Positions 17,455-29,475 of a stretch of 64,000 nt of DNA are shown here, piece by piece; the first letter of the stretch is position 1, and every line of letters starts with the position of its first letter. The translations under genes were made by a program, and so were the position numbers. The stretch is taken from the NCBI GenBank assembly GCA_964654185.1, contig CAZZIE010000001.1:391-64390 (forward strand). Direction: 5' to 3'. The notes below the pieces were generated by a model that saw only the letters and a list, made by a program, of their open reading frames with translations, searched no databases and was not told where the DNA came from. Origin of the DNA: an uncultured Spirochaetaceae bacterium. Its GTDB lineage: Bacteria > Spirochaetota > Spirochaetia > DSM-27196 > PWMO01.

Positions 17455-18900
17455 CTATTCAGGTACGCTCTCCAGATCAATGAAGAGGGGATTCTCGACG
17501 GCCTGGCAGATCCAGCGCAGGAATCGTGCGCCGTCTGCACCATCGATAAGCCGATGGTCGTAGGTTACCGACAACGGCAGGTACGGGCGCGGCTCAAAGG
17601 CGCTTCCGTTCCAGTAGGGCTCGGTCTGCGTGCGGGCGACGCCGAGAATGGCAACCTGGGGCGAGAAGACCACCGGAGTGAAGGCGGTTCCGCCGATTCC
17701 TCCAAGGTTGGAGATGGTGAAGGTTCCGCCCTCCATCTCATCGGGTTTGATCTTCTTCGCCCGGGCGCGCTCCGCCAGGTCCCCGAGCTCTCCAGCCAGC
17801 GTAATGATCGACTTCTTGTCGACATCTCGCACGACCGGTACCAGGAGTCCGCGATCGGTGTCTACCGCCACCGATATGTGCACGTAGTCCTTGTAAACGA
17901 TCTCCTTCTTGGCCATGTCCAGGCTCGCGTTGAAGCGGGGGAAGCGCTTCAGCGCCTGGGATACGACCTTGAGAAGGATCGCCGTAACCGTGAGCTTCAC
18001 ACCCGCCTTGTCGGCGGTCTTTGCGTATTGTCTCCGGAACGCCTCCAGTTGCGACGCATCCGCCTTGTCGAACTGCGTCACCTGCGGCACCCAGGACTGG
18101 GTCAGGTTCTCAGCGGTAATGCGACGGACCTGGGTCATGGCCTCTCGGGACACGGAACCCCACTTCGAGAAGTCGGGAAGCGGGGCATATCCCGCCGGCG
18201 CGCCGGTGGTCCCACCGGCTCCCGCACCTGCAGCCGCTCCGCCGGCCTGCTGGATGGTCCGTTTGGCCGCTGCTTTCACGTCGTCCCGGCTGATCCGCCC
18301 CCCGGGGCCGCTCCCTTCGACGGTGTAGATGTCGACGCCGAGCTCTCTGGCGAGCATGCGCGTCGAGGGCGCCGCCGGGACCGGCTGATTGCGCGGATGC
18401 ACGTCGGCTCCAGCTCCCCATGTGGACGGTTCCGCCGCCGCTGCTGCGCCGGCAGTTCCGGCGCCGCGGTCTTCCGCACCTGTTGCGGGCTTGCCCTCGC
18501 GGGGCTGCTCGTCGGCGGACTCGCCGGATGGTTCTGCTTCCACCTTTGCCGCCGGCGTCTCTTCGGCCTTCTCAGGTTCCTCTGCGGGCGCCTCTTCAGT
18601 CTTCTCGGCCGGGGCGGCCGCGGCGTCTTCTCCTTCGGCCTCGCCGCCGGCCTCTCCGCCCCCTTCGGTTTCCACCCGAATAATGACGGAACCGACCTTG
18701 GCCTCTTCGCCTTCCGCCACCAGAACCTCGACGACCTTGCCGCTCACGGTTGAGGGCACCTCGACGGCGGCCTTTTCAGTCTCGATCTCCAGGACCGGGT
18801 CCTGCTCCTGAATCTGGTCGCCCTCGGAAACCAGCACGCTGACCACGTTTCCCTTGTCTACGTTCTCCGAGATTTCCGGAAGTGTTACGTCTTGTACCAT
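17455..18900 (-). CDS. aceF: dihydrolipoamide acetyltransferase (PDH E2)
   Basis: Lipoyl domain (EIETEKAAVEVPS), an Ala/Glu/Pro linker, a peripheral-subunit-binding domain, and a catalytic domain ending in the DHRLIDGA motif. Confidence 0.9.
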   Translation of the reverse strand: MVQDVTLPEISENVDKGNVVSVLVSEGDQIQEQDPVLEIETEKAAVEVPSTVSGKVVEVLVAEGEEAKVGSVIIRVETEGGGEAGGEAEGEDAAAAPAEKTEEAPAEEPEKAEETPAAKVEAEPSGESADEQPREGKPATGAEDRGAGTAGAAAAAEPSTWGAGADVHPRNQPVPAAPSTRMLARELGVDIYTVEGSGPGGRISRDDVKAAAKRTIQQAGGAAAGAGAGGTTGAPAGYAPLPDFSKWGSVSREAMTQVRRITAENLTQSWVPQVTQFDKADASQLEAFRRQYAKTADKAGVKLTVTAILLKVVSQALKRFPRFNASLDMAKKEIVYKDYVHISVAVDTDRGLLVPVVRDVDKKSIITLAGELGDLAERARAKKIKPDEMEGGTFTISNLGGIGGTAFTPVVFSPQVAILGVARTQTEPYWNGSAFEPRPYLPLSVTYDHRLIDGADGARFLRWICQAVENPLFIDLESVPE

Positions 18901-18912
18901 GCCCTCGTCTCC

Positions 18913-21588
<2,676 letters not shown>

Positions 21589-21864
21589 AATGTGCCTCCT
21601 AACATGTGCGTGTGCCTGTTTGCTTAAAATGCGTCGATACAGGCGCCTATGTCCAGCGACTACCCATTGTAGTCTATTTGTCGGTCCCGGGACGAGAGGC
21701 AGCGCGGTTTGGGCCCCCGTTGTACTGTCTGCGCGTCGCCGGAACCGCACCGATTTCAGCTTTCGGGACGATGGGTCCTGCCCTCGCGCCACGCCTCACC
21801 GCCGGCGGCCTTCGCGCGTCCCTGCGCGTTGATCTTTGGTCCCAAAGCGTGGACAATTTGCGTG

Positions 21865-23004
21865 ATGGCACGGAACACCCCCAACAGTGCGGAAGAGACC
21901 AAGACCCTCGGGGCCGATCCGATCGAGTCGTTCATCACCCCGGAGCAGTTCGTGGAGGAGCAGGCCGGGCGCATGGAGTCCAACGAGGGGCCGCTCCTGA
22001 TCGCCAGCTGTCGCGACGGTAACTACATGGCGCAGCGCGCCGTCAGGAAGTACGAGGAGCTTGTGCACCGCACCGGGAATGACGCGCGGGTGCTCTTTCT
22101 CGAGAACATCGATCGCGACTTCAGCGATACGGAAACCGGTGTGCGCCTCCCGGGACACGTCGGCGGGGCGGATGTCTTCATCTTCCAGGCCCTTCTCTCG
22201 CCCCCGAGCGGTCGGACCGTCAACAACAACTACATGACCCTTCTTCTCGCCGCCCGGGCCTTCCGCGAGCACGGGGCCAATCGCATCACCGCGGTTCTAC
22301 CCTACCTGACCTACGCGCGCCAGGACAAACCCACGAAGTTCCAGCGGGAGCCCACCGCCGCCAAGCTCATGGCGGACCTCTCTCGCGCCGCCGGGATCGA
22401 GCGGGTCATTGCCTGGCATCCCCACTCCAATCAGATTCACGGCTTCTACGCGGATATGCCCGTGAACATGCTCGACCCGCAAACCATGTTTACCGTCGAG
22501 TACGCGGATTTCATGAACCGAAGCGATGTGATTGCCGTCGCGCCGGATGCCGGCGCCACCAAGATGATCCTCCACTTCAGCCGGAAGATGGGAGTGAACT
22601 CAGCCATCGCCTCGAAGTATCGGCCGCAACAGGAAGAGGCGGTCATCACCGACATCATCGGAGACTTCCGGCAGAAGAAGATCGCCATTGTCCTCGACGA
22701 CATGATCTCCAGCGGGAACACCATCTTCGAGCTCGTCCAGAAACTCGTGAACGAGAAAGGAATCGAGCGCGTCTTCATTGGCGCCTCCCACAACCTCTGT
22801 CTTCCCGGCACGCGGGACCGGCTCCAGCAGCTCCACGACGGATACAACCTCGAACGCGTCACCGTGACGAACAGCATCCCCCAGACGAAGGAGTTCGAGG
22901 AGTTGCCCTTCTTCCACGTGCGCTGCCTCTCGGAGATTCTCTGCCGCACCATCAACCGGGTGCACTACAACCGCTCGGTCAGCCACATCTTCCAGACGCG
23001 CTGA
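21865..23004 (+). CDS. prs: ribose-phosphate pyrophosphokinase family protein
   Basis: PRPP synthetase-like blocks (YLTYARQDK, VAPDAGATKM, VLDDMISSGNT). ATG at 21865. The N-terminal extension relative to typical Prs proteins is uncertain. Confidence 0.75.
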   Translation: MARNTPNSAEETKTLGADPIESFITPEQFVEEQAGRMESNEGPLLIASCRDGNYMAQRAVRKYEELVHRTGNDARVLFLENIDRDFSDTETGVRLPGHVGGADVFIFQALLSPPSGRTVNNNYMTLLLAARAFREHGANRITAVLPYLTYARQDKPTKFQREPTAAKLMADLSRAAGIERVIAWHPHSNQIHGFYADMPVNMLDPQTMFTVEYADFMNRSDVIAVAPDAGATKMILHFSRKMGVNSAIASKYRPQQEEAVITDIIGDFRQKKIAIVLDDMISSGNTIFELVQKLVNEKGIERVFIGASHNLCLPGTRDRLQQLHDGYNLERVTVTNSIPQTKEFEELPFFHVRCLSEILCRTINRVHYNRSVSHIFQTR

Positions 23005-23030
23005 GCCGTCTCAACCACAAGAGGTACGCT

Positions 23031-23795
23031 GTGCTACTGGCAATCGACATCGGCAACACCAACATTGTTCTCGGAGTGCACGACGGCGCGAAGTGGCGCG
23101 ACCACTTCCGGATTCAGACCGAGGTCGGCAAGATGCCGGACGAGTACATGCTCACCCTGACCGGTCTCTTCGAGCACGCCGGGGACCATCTCCAGGAGAT
23201 CTCCCGCGTGGTCATTTCCAGCGTGGTTCCCTCCCTCACCTGGACCATGGAGGAAGCGCTCAAGCGGATCATGGACGCGCCGGTGGTCAGGGTCAGTCCG
23301 AAGCTCGATCTTCTGATCACCCTCCGGACCGATCATCCCGAGCAGGTGGGCTCGGATCTCATTGCCAACGCCCAGGGCGCCTACGAGCGGTACCGCGGGG
23401 CGTGCATCATCGTCGATTTCGGTACGGCTCTCACCTTTACCGCGGTATCCGCCGACGGGGAGTTCCGGGGCGCTTCGATCGCGCCGGGGCTCCAGACCGC
23501 AGCCCATGCGTTGAGCCTCAAGACTGCGCAGTTGCCCGAGGTGGACCTCTCCATGCCCGAGGCGGCAATCGGCACCAACACGACACATGCGCTGCAGTCG
23601 GGCGTAGTCATCGGCTACTGTGGCCTTGCTGAGAAGATCATTGCCACCATGAAGAGCGAGCTCGGAGGAGCGGTGAAGGTCATTGCCACCGGAGGGCTTG
23701 CCGACACCATGGCGCGGCATATCGAGGCCATTGACGACGTTGATCCGTGGCTCACTCTTGAAGGACTGAGGAGCATTGCCTACAGCAACACCTGA
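23031..23795 (+). CDS. coaX: type III pantothenate kinase
   Basis: 254 aa with an N-terminal LLAIDIGNTN actin-fold motif and IVDFGTA and ATGG blocks typical of CoaX. Confidence 0.85.
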   Translation: MLLAIDIGNTNIVLGVHDGAKWRDHFRIQTEVGKMPDEYMLTLTGLFEHAGDHLQEISRVVISSVVPSLTWTMEEALKRIMDAPVVRVSPKLDLLITLRTDHPEQVGSDLIANAQGAYERYRGACIIVDFGTALTFTAVSADGEFRGASIAPGLQTAAHALSLKTAQLPEVDLSMPEAAIGTNTTHALQSGVVIGYCGLAEKIIATMKSELGGAVKVIATGGLADTMARHIEAIDDVDPWLTLEGLRSIAYSNT

Positions 23796-23811
23796 ACCGA
23801 TACTATAGGCA

Positions 23812-25206
23812 GTGGAAAAACGTTACATACTGGCGGTGGATGACGATCCCACCCAGATCGAGTTGCTGAACACAATCTGCAGTGACATTGAATACCCCGA
23901 GGTAGAGTTTTCGGCGGCGGAAACCGGCGCTCAGGCGCTCGGGACGGTACGCGAGCGCGCCGTAGACATGGTCTTTCTGGACTATCGGCTTCCGGATATG
24001 ACCGGCCTGGAGGTACTGCGCGCCATGAAGGCGCACAACCCCCTGGTTGCGGTGGTGGTCATGACCGCCTACGAGTCGACCGAGCAGGCCGTTGAGGCGC
24101 TCAAGAGCGGAGCCGACGACTACCTGGTGAAGCCGACCTCGGCGGAACAGATCTCACACGTAATCCTGCGGATCACCGAAAGCCAGGCCCTCGATCGGGA
24201 GACCGCCGAGCTCGAAGATGACATTGAAGAGGACTTCGATGCCGGCTTCATCACCTTCAAGAGCCGGGAGATGGCGCGTGCTCTCAACCTGGCCGCCCGC
24301 AGCGCAAAGAGCGCGGCGTCCGTGCTGCTTCGCGGCGAGAGCGGTACCGGGAAGGAGCTCTTCGCCCGAATCATCCACTCCTCGAGCGAACGCGCCGAGC
24401 AACCCTTCGTGGCCGTGAATGTGGCCGCACTCCCGGAGACCCTGGTTGAGAGTGAACTCTTCGGCCATGTAAAGGGCTCCTTCACCGGAGCGACTCAGGA
24501 TCGGGTCGGGCGCTTCGAGGAGGCCGACGGGGGCACCCTCTTCATTGACGAGATCGGGGATGTCTCCGGCTCGGTTCAGGTCAAGCTCCTCAGGGCAATT
24601 CAGTTTGGCGAGGTGCAGCGTGTTGGGGCCAACCAGCCCATGAAGCTGGACGTTCGGATCATTACCGCCACCAACCGCAACCTGGAAGAGATGATCCGGC
24701 AGGGCACCTTCCGGGAGGACCTCTACTACCGGCTCAACGTCATTCAGATCGACCTGCCGCCTCTCCGGGACCGCAAGACGGACATTCCGCCTCTGGTGGA
24801 CCAGTTCATTGCACGGTACGCCGAGAAGAATCGGAAGCAGGTCGACGGCATCACCTTTGATGGCCTCGATCTCCTCATGAAGTACGACTTCCCGGGAAAC
24901 GTCCGGGAGCTGGAGAACATCATTGAGCGGTCGGTTGTGCTGTGCCGGGGAACCCGTCTCACCTCACGGGATCTTCCCGACGCTCTTCGCAAGGGCACTA
25001 CACCGACCACCGAGGGACGGAGCTCCGGCAAGTCCCTTGATGCCGTGCTCGCCGAGACGGAGACCCAGCTCATCCTGGACGCGCTCTCCCGGACGGAGGG
25101 CAATCAGTCCCGCGCCGCCGCCCTTCTGGACGTATCCGAGCGAAAGCTGCGCTCCCGCATGCAGCGTCTCGGCCTCGAAAACATCTACGCCGACCAGGAC
25201 TCCTGA
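23812..25206 (+). CDS. sigma-54-dependent response regulator (NtrC family enhancer-binding protein)
   Basis: Receiver domain (ILAVDDDP ... FLDYRLPDM). AAA+ domain with GESGTGKE and a GSFTGA (GAFTGA-type) sigma-54 contact loop. C-terminal Fis-type HTH (GNQSRAAALLDVSERKLRSRM). No sensor kinase is adjacent. Confidence 0.85.
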   Translation: MEKRYILAVDDDPTQIELLNTICSDIEYPEVEFSAAETGAQALGTVRERAVDMVFLDYRLPDMTGLEVLRAMKAHNPLVAVVVMTAYESTEQAVEALKSGADDYLVKPTSAEQISHVILRITESQALDRETAELEDDIEEDFDAGFITFKSREMARALNLAARSAKSAASVLLRGESGTGKELFARIIHSSSERAEQPFVAVNVAALPETLVESELFGHVKGSFTGATQDRVGRFEEADGGTLFIDEIGDVSGSVQVKLLRAIQFGEVQRVGANQPMKLDVRIITATNRNLEEMIRQGTFREDLYYRLNVIQIDLPPLRDRKTDIPPLVDQFIARYAEKNRKQVDGITFDGLDLLMKYDFPGNVRELENIIERSVVLCRGTRLTSRDLPDALRKGTTPTTEGRSSGKSLDAVLAETETQLILDALSRTEGNQSRAAALLDVSERKLRSRMQRLGLENIYADQDS

Positions 25207-25415
25207 ACGCCATTTGTTCGACGAAACGGGCGAGTGCTCGACCAGACGGTCGAGCCCAGCAGAATAAACCTGACTATGAGATTCTGAAATAGCGGTATTT
25301 GGTTATAATTGCTTTTATCTCCATTATTATTAGGTAGGCCGGATAAGTTATTGTATTGTAAAGGCTTATGCGGCGCCCTCCTTCGTCTGCGGCGAAGATA
25401 CCTCGATTGGGAGCC

Positions 25416-25431
25416 TGGCACGATTGTTGCT
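25416..25431 (+). promoter_or_regulatory. sigma-54 (-24/-12) promoter
   Basis: TGGCAC-gattg-TTGCT is an exact match to the consensus TGGCAC-N5-TTGCW. It lies about 50 nt upstream of the pilin ATG and downstream of an AT-rich tract. Confidence 0.8.
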
Positions 25432-25479
25432 ACTTAAGGGGTAGAAACGGACGACGAGTCGTCCAGGAGGTAAGAGATT

Positions 25480-25977
25480 ATGAGAAACGTACTTCGAGTT
25501 CTTGCAATGAGCGCTGCGCTCTTCGCTCTGGTGGCAGTTGCGGGGTTCGCGCAGACCGATACAGGGTCCTTGACGCTGACCGGTAATGTGCCGGCGAACG
25601 TGGACGTCACCATCAACGCGGTTCAGACGAGCTTTGCGCTGGACCAGGATGTGAGCAATGTCCAGGTCGCAACGGTGCAAGAGACCAGCAACATCGCTGC
25701 CGGCTACGACGTGACACTGGAGTCGGCCAATGCCGCCGCCGCAGGAGCCGGGACGGCGTTCTTCGAGCACACCAGCGCCGGTGATACTCTCGACTACACG
25801 CTGACCTACGGAGGATCCGCCGTGAACTTCACTTCCGGCGTCGCGACGGTTACCGACTCCACGTCGACGGCCTTTGCATTGAGCAAGTCGCTCAACATCT
25901 CCTTTTCGGGGGCGTCGGCAAACCTGACGAGCGGCAGCTACGACGACACACTGACCTTTACCATCACGGCCAAGTAG
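25480..25977 (+). CDS. secreted fimbrial major subunit, spore-coat-protein-U (SCPU)/Csu-type
   Basis: 165 aa with a signal peptide (LFALVAVAGFAQT) and a beta-rich Thr/Ser/Ala composition. The C-terminal GSYDDTLTFTITAK motif is typical of SCPU-domain pilins. AGGAGG RBS. Confidence 0.7.
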   Translation: MRNVLRVLAMSAALFALVAVAGFAQTDTGSLTLTGNVPANVDVTINAVQTSFALDQDVSNVQVATVQETSNIAAGYDVTLESANAAAAGAGTAFFEHTSAGDTLDYTLTYGGSAVNFTSGVATVTDSTSTAFALSKSLNISFSGASANLTSGSYDDTLTFTITAK

Positions 25978-26111
25978 GTCGAAATTCACAGTGAGAGGGC
26001 TCTCACGCCAGGTGGTATAGACGCCCGGCAGGTGGTCTGAACATCTGCCGGGTGTTCTGAACATCCGGCAGTGAGGAACCTCCCGGTTGATCGTCGATAA
26101 GGAGCGCAGAG

Positions 26112-26852
26112 ATGAGACGGATACTGAGCCTGCTGATCATGGTCGTTGTCACCGTATCCGTTTCCGCCTTCGACTTCAGACCCATCTCCCGTGACTTCGA
26201 TCCGCAGGGTCCGGGCGCGCTCCAGACCTTCCGGGTCACAAACAACAGAGACAGCCGGATTGCCGTTCGCATATCCATGTTCGAACGAGAGATGGAGGCG
26301 GACGGCAGTGAGGAACGAACCCGGGTGGAAGACCGATTCGTGGTCTTCCCGTCGCGCCTCACTCTGGATCCGGGTCAGACCCAGGTGATCCGCGTTCAGT
26401 GGCGGGGAGGCTCCGTTGATACGGAAGAGGCCTACCGCATTGTCGCGGAGCAACTGCCGGTAGACTTCGAGGAGCGCGCAGCGGAGGGGGGAACCCTCAA
26501 CATCCTCTTTCGCTATGTCGGCTCCGTCTACGTAGTGCCACCCGATGCCGAGCCCAATGTCACCGTCGAGGAGGCGCGCGTCGTGGATGCCGGGGAGGCC
26601 GGCGCTACTCTTGAGCTGACCATGCACAACGCCGGAACGGCACACACCATTCTGAAAGACCTCGCCCTGACGGTCACCCAGACCCGGGAGAACAATGCCA
26701 CCCAACGGGCGGCCTTCGCTCCTGAAGAGCTGTCCCCCGTCGCAGGCTCCAATCTCCTTGCCGGGGCGCGTCGCAACCTGACGCTTCAGCTCCCGGGAGA
26801 GTGGCAAGAAGGGCCTGCTGAGGTCTCCCTGGATTTCGATGTCACCCGATAG
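26112..26852 (+). CDS. periplasmic fimbrial chaperone (PapD-like)
   Basis: 246 aa with a signal peptide. It has chaperone-like blocks (FRVTNNRDSRIAV, LDPGQTQVIRVQW, YRIVAEQLP) and a two-domain length. Confidence 0.7.
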   Translation: MRRILSLLIMVVVTVSVSAFDFRPISRDFDPQGPGALQTFRVTNNRDSRIAVRISMFEREMEADGSEERTRVEDRFVVFPSRLTLDPGQTQVIRVQWRGGSVDTEEAYRIVAEQLPVDFEERAAEGGTLNILFRYVGSVYVVPPDAEPNVTVEEARVVDAGEAGATLELTMHNAGTAHTILKDLALTVTQTRENNATQRAAFAPEELSPVAGSNLLAGARRNLTLQLPGEWQEGPAEVSLDFDVTR

Positions 26853-29463
26853 AGCCATACTACCTCGGCTCGCCGCCCTTCTCACCGCGCTGATCCTGGG
26901 CCTTGTGGTCGCCGCACCGGTGCTGCCGCAGGATGGCAGCGGGACTGGCGCTGCGCGTTCCGACGCTCCGGGCGCCGAGACGCCCGCCTCCGACGCGCAG
27001 GAAGACGAGCCGCCGCCAATCGAGCTTTCCGTACCTCTCGTGGTGAACGACCGTGCGCCCGCTTCGGTGGAGGCGCGAGTCGGTCAGGATCAGACGCTGC
27101 GGGCACTCGACCGGACGGCTGTGGCCGAAGCACTTGAGCCCGTCGTGGAAGCTGAGGTGTACCGCGAGCTGGCCGCGGCGGAGGAAGCCTGGGTAAAACC
27201 GGAGGCACTCCGTGAGCTCGGCCTGGAGGTTGACTTCAACCCGGCGGAGCTTGCCGTATTCATCCGGGTTCCTCTGGAGCTCACGGCAATTCGCGAGGTA
27301 CCGGTGCTGACGCCCAGCCGGCAACACGACCTGGAGAGGGCGACACCGGCACAGCTGAGCGCGTCCCTGATCTTGCGCTCCCGCTTCGATCACGTGTTTA
27401 TCGACTCCGCATCCGGCGGGAGCCGAGACGTCTCAGTCGGGGGCGTCCTCTCTCCGGCAGTGGCCCTCTCCATCTTCACCACCGAGGCAGAGATCGAGAT
27501 CGACTCCGGCGAGGAACCGACGGTCTCTCTGGATGCGGTTCGCCTCATCGGCGATCTCCGGGGTCCGGGCATGCGCGCCACCCTCGGTGACCTGCGGTAC
27601 CCCGTGCGCGGACTCCAGGCGTACCGCCCCATGTTCGGATTCTCCATTCACCGGGAGGACGCACTCGTGGCGGATGAGAAACTCAGCGCCCGCGGCGGTG
27701 CGACCATCGAGATATCCGAGCCGACGGAGGCGCGCTTCGTCGTCAACGGGCGCACCATTCGGTCCGAACGGCTCGACCCCGGGCGATACGAGCTCACCGA
27801 CTTCCCGCTCCTGCCGGGCGTCAACGACGTGCGGGTCGAGCTTGTCGACCGAACCGGCGGCATGCGGGTCATCGAGGACGTGCTTCCGTTCTCCCCGAAG
27901 CTCCTGGCTGCCGGGGCTTACGACTACGCCGGCGCCATTGGCTTTCCCCGGTGGAGCCCTGAGGAGACGGCTGTCTCCGGCTACTACTACCGCGGCCTCA
28001 CCTCCAGCCTCACCGCGGGCGTCTACACGCAGGTCGCTGCGGCGCGGCAACTGCTGGGGCTCGGCCGGGTGCTGGCAACGCGCTTCGGCAACTTCGGCCT
28101 CGACCTGGCGTGGTCCCGCAACCCCGCCGGCGATTTCGCCTCGGCCGTCCTGGGAGAGTATCGCGTCGCACTCCTCTCCAGCTCCTGGGCTCCGCGTCTC
28201 GGTCTGATTGCGCAGTATCAGACTCCCGATTTCGGGGGACCGGGTGCCGGCACGGGCGTGTTGGATCCGGAGTGGAGCCTGACCGCCTCCCTGTCACAGA
28301 AGCTGCCCTTCGGGATCGGCGCGAATGTCTCGGTGCGGCGCCGAACCTTCTGGGGAAACCAGCCCGCCACGACGGGGTTCTCTCTCAATGTGAGTCGGGG
28401 CCTGGGAAACAGGGGAACCCTGATCGGGACCGTCACCGCAACCGTCGTCGGCGGTGAGCCTTCCTGGGGAGGGCGCATTCTCTTCTCGTCGTCGGACTCC
28501 CACCCGATCACCACGGTGAATGTGATCCAGAACGTCCGCGAACCCCAGGCGAGTGTCCGGGCATCTCAGACGCGCTCAACGCCAATCGGAGAGTTGACCG
28601 TCGCCGGCTCCGTCGCCGGGCTCCCGCCGTCCGGGGATGCGCCGCAGTCTCTGTCCGGCACCGCCCGGCTGGATAACCATCGCCTGCAGGCTTCCATGAA
28701 CCAGAGTCTCGCCTGGAACGGCGGCGAAGCATCCGGGTCGTCCCCTCTGGATCGAAGCAACACGTCCATTCAGTTCGGCACGGGACTGTACTATGCGGAC
28801 GGCGCCTTCGCCGTCGCGCGGCCCGCTCGTGGCGGCTTTGTCATGGCGCGGATTCCGCCGTCCGTGCCGATCGACCGGATTGAGCTCGGCAGCGGGAGCG
28901 AGCAGACCCGTGCCCGTACCGGAGTGCTCGGTCCGGCGGTCGTGACGGGGCTGATGCCCTACACTCCGCGCACCATCGAGGCGCAAATCGTCGGACTCCC
29001 CATCGACTACTCCCTCGGCCAGACCACCTTTACGGTCGAATCGGGATACCGTCGAGGGACCGTCCTGCCGATCGACGCGGAGCAACTGCTCTACGCGCGG
29101 GGCACGCTGGTAACGCCCTCGGGCGAGCCGGTTGCCCTGCAGCCCATTGCGCTCCTCGATCCGACGGCCGCGCCGGAGGGCGCCGGTGACGCGTCGGCGC
29201 CGGGCGGGGAGCCCGCATCAGGCGGTCAACCGGAGGCCGAAGCTTCCACCGATGTGGCGTTCGGGCTCCCCGTCGTGCAGCGCAGCTTCACGGATGAGGC
29301 TGGCGTCTTTGAAGTCTACGACTTACAGCCGGGACGATATGTCATTGCCGTCGGCGACGGCGCGCGGCGAAGCGGCACCGTAACTATCCGGGCGGGAGCC
29401 GGCGGTGTCATCGATCTCGGCGAGATCACCGTCGAGCGAGCCGGAGCACAACGGGAGCCTTGA
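26839..29463 (+). CDS. outer-membrane fimbrial usher
   Basis: 874 aa with a signal peptide. The N-terminal block resembles usher N-domains (LSVPLVVNDRAPASVEARV ... LRELGLEV), followed by a long beta-rich body and a C-terminal beta-sandwich-like tail (GVFEVYDLQPGRYVIAV). The start overlaps the chaperone gene by 14 nt. Confidence 0.65.
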   Translation: MSPDRAILPRLAALLTALILGLVVAAPVLPQDGSGTGAARSDAPGAETPASDAQEDEPPPIELSVPLVVNDRAPASVEARVGQDQTLRALDRTAVAEALEPVVEAEVYRELAAAEEAWVKPEALRELGLEVDFNPAELAVFIRVPLELTAIREVPVLTPSRQHDLERATPAQLSASLILRSRFDHVFIDSASGGSRDVSVGGVLSPAVALSIFTTEAEIEIDSGEEPTVSLDAVRLIGDLRGPGMRATLGDLRYPVRGLQAYRPMFGFSIHREDALVADEKLSARGGATIEISEPTEARFVVNGRTIRSERLDPGRYELTDFPLLPGVNDVRVELVDRTGGMRVIEDVLPFSPKLLAAGAYDYAGAIGFPRWSPEETAVSGYYYRGLTSSLTAGVYTQVAAARQLLGLGRVLATRFGNFGLDLAWSRNPAGDFASAVLGEYRVALLSSSWAPRLGLIAQYQTPDFGGPGAGTGVLDPEWSLTASLSQKLPFGIGANVSVRRRTFWGNQPATTGFSLNVSRGLGNRGTLIGTVTATVVGGEPSWGGRILFSSSDSHPITTVNVIQNVREPQASVRASQTRSTPIGELTVAGSVAGLPPSGDAPQSLSGTARLDNHRLQASMNQSLAWNGGEASGSSPLDRSNTSIQFGTGLYYADGAFAVARPARGGFVMARIPPSVPIDRIELGSGSEQTRARTGVLGPAVVTGLMPYTPRTIEAQIVGLPIDYSLGQTTFTVESGYRRGTVLPIDAEQLLYARGTLVTPSGEPVALQPIALLDPTAAPEGAGDASAPGGEPASGGQPEAEASTDVAFGLPVVQRSFTDEAGVFEVYDLQPGRYVIAVGDGARRSGTVTIRAGAGGVIDLGEITVERAGAQREP

Positions 29464-29475
29464 GGAGGTGACCAC

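Noticed and set aside
21589-21864. ncRNA or promoter calls in the aceE-prs divergent intergenic region.
   Set aside because: Only weak hexamer matches are present (for example TTGATC-17-GACAAT ending 7 nt before the prs ATG), and there is no convincing conserved structure. That is not enough to annotate.
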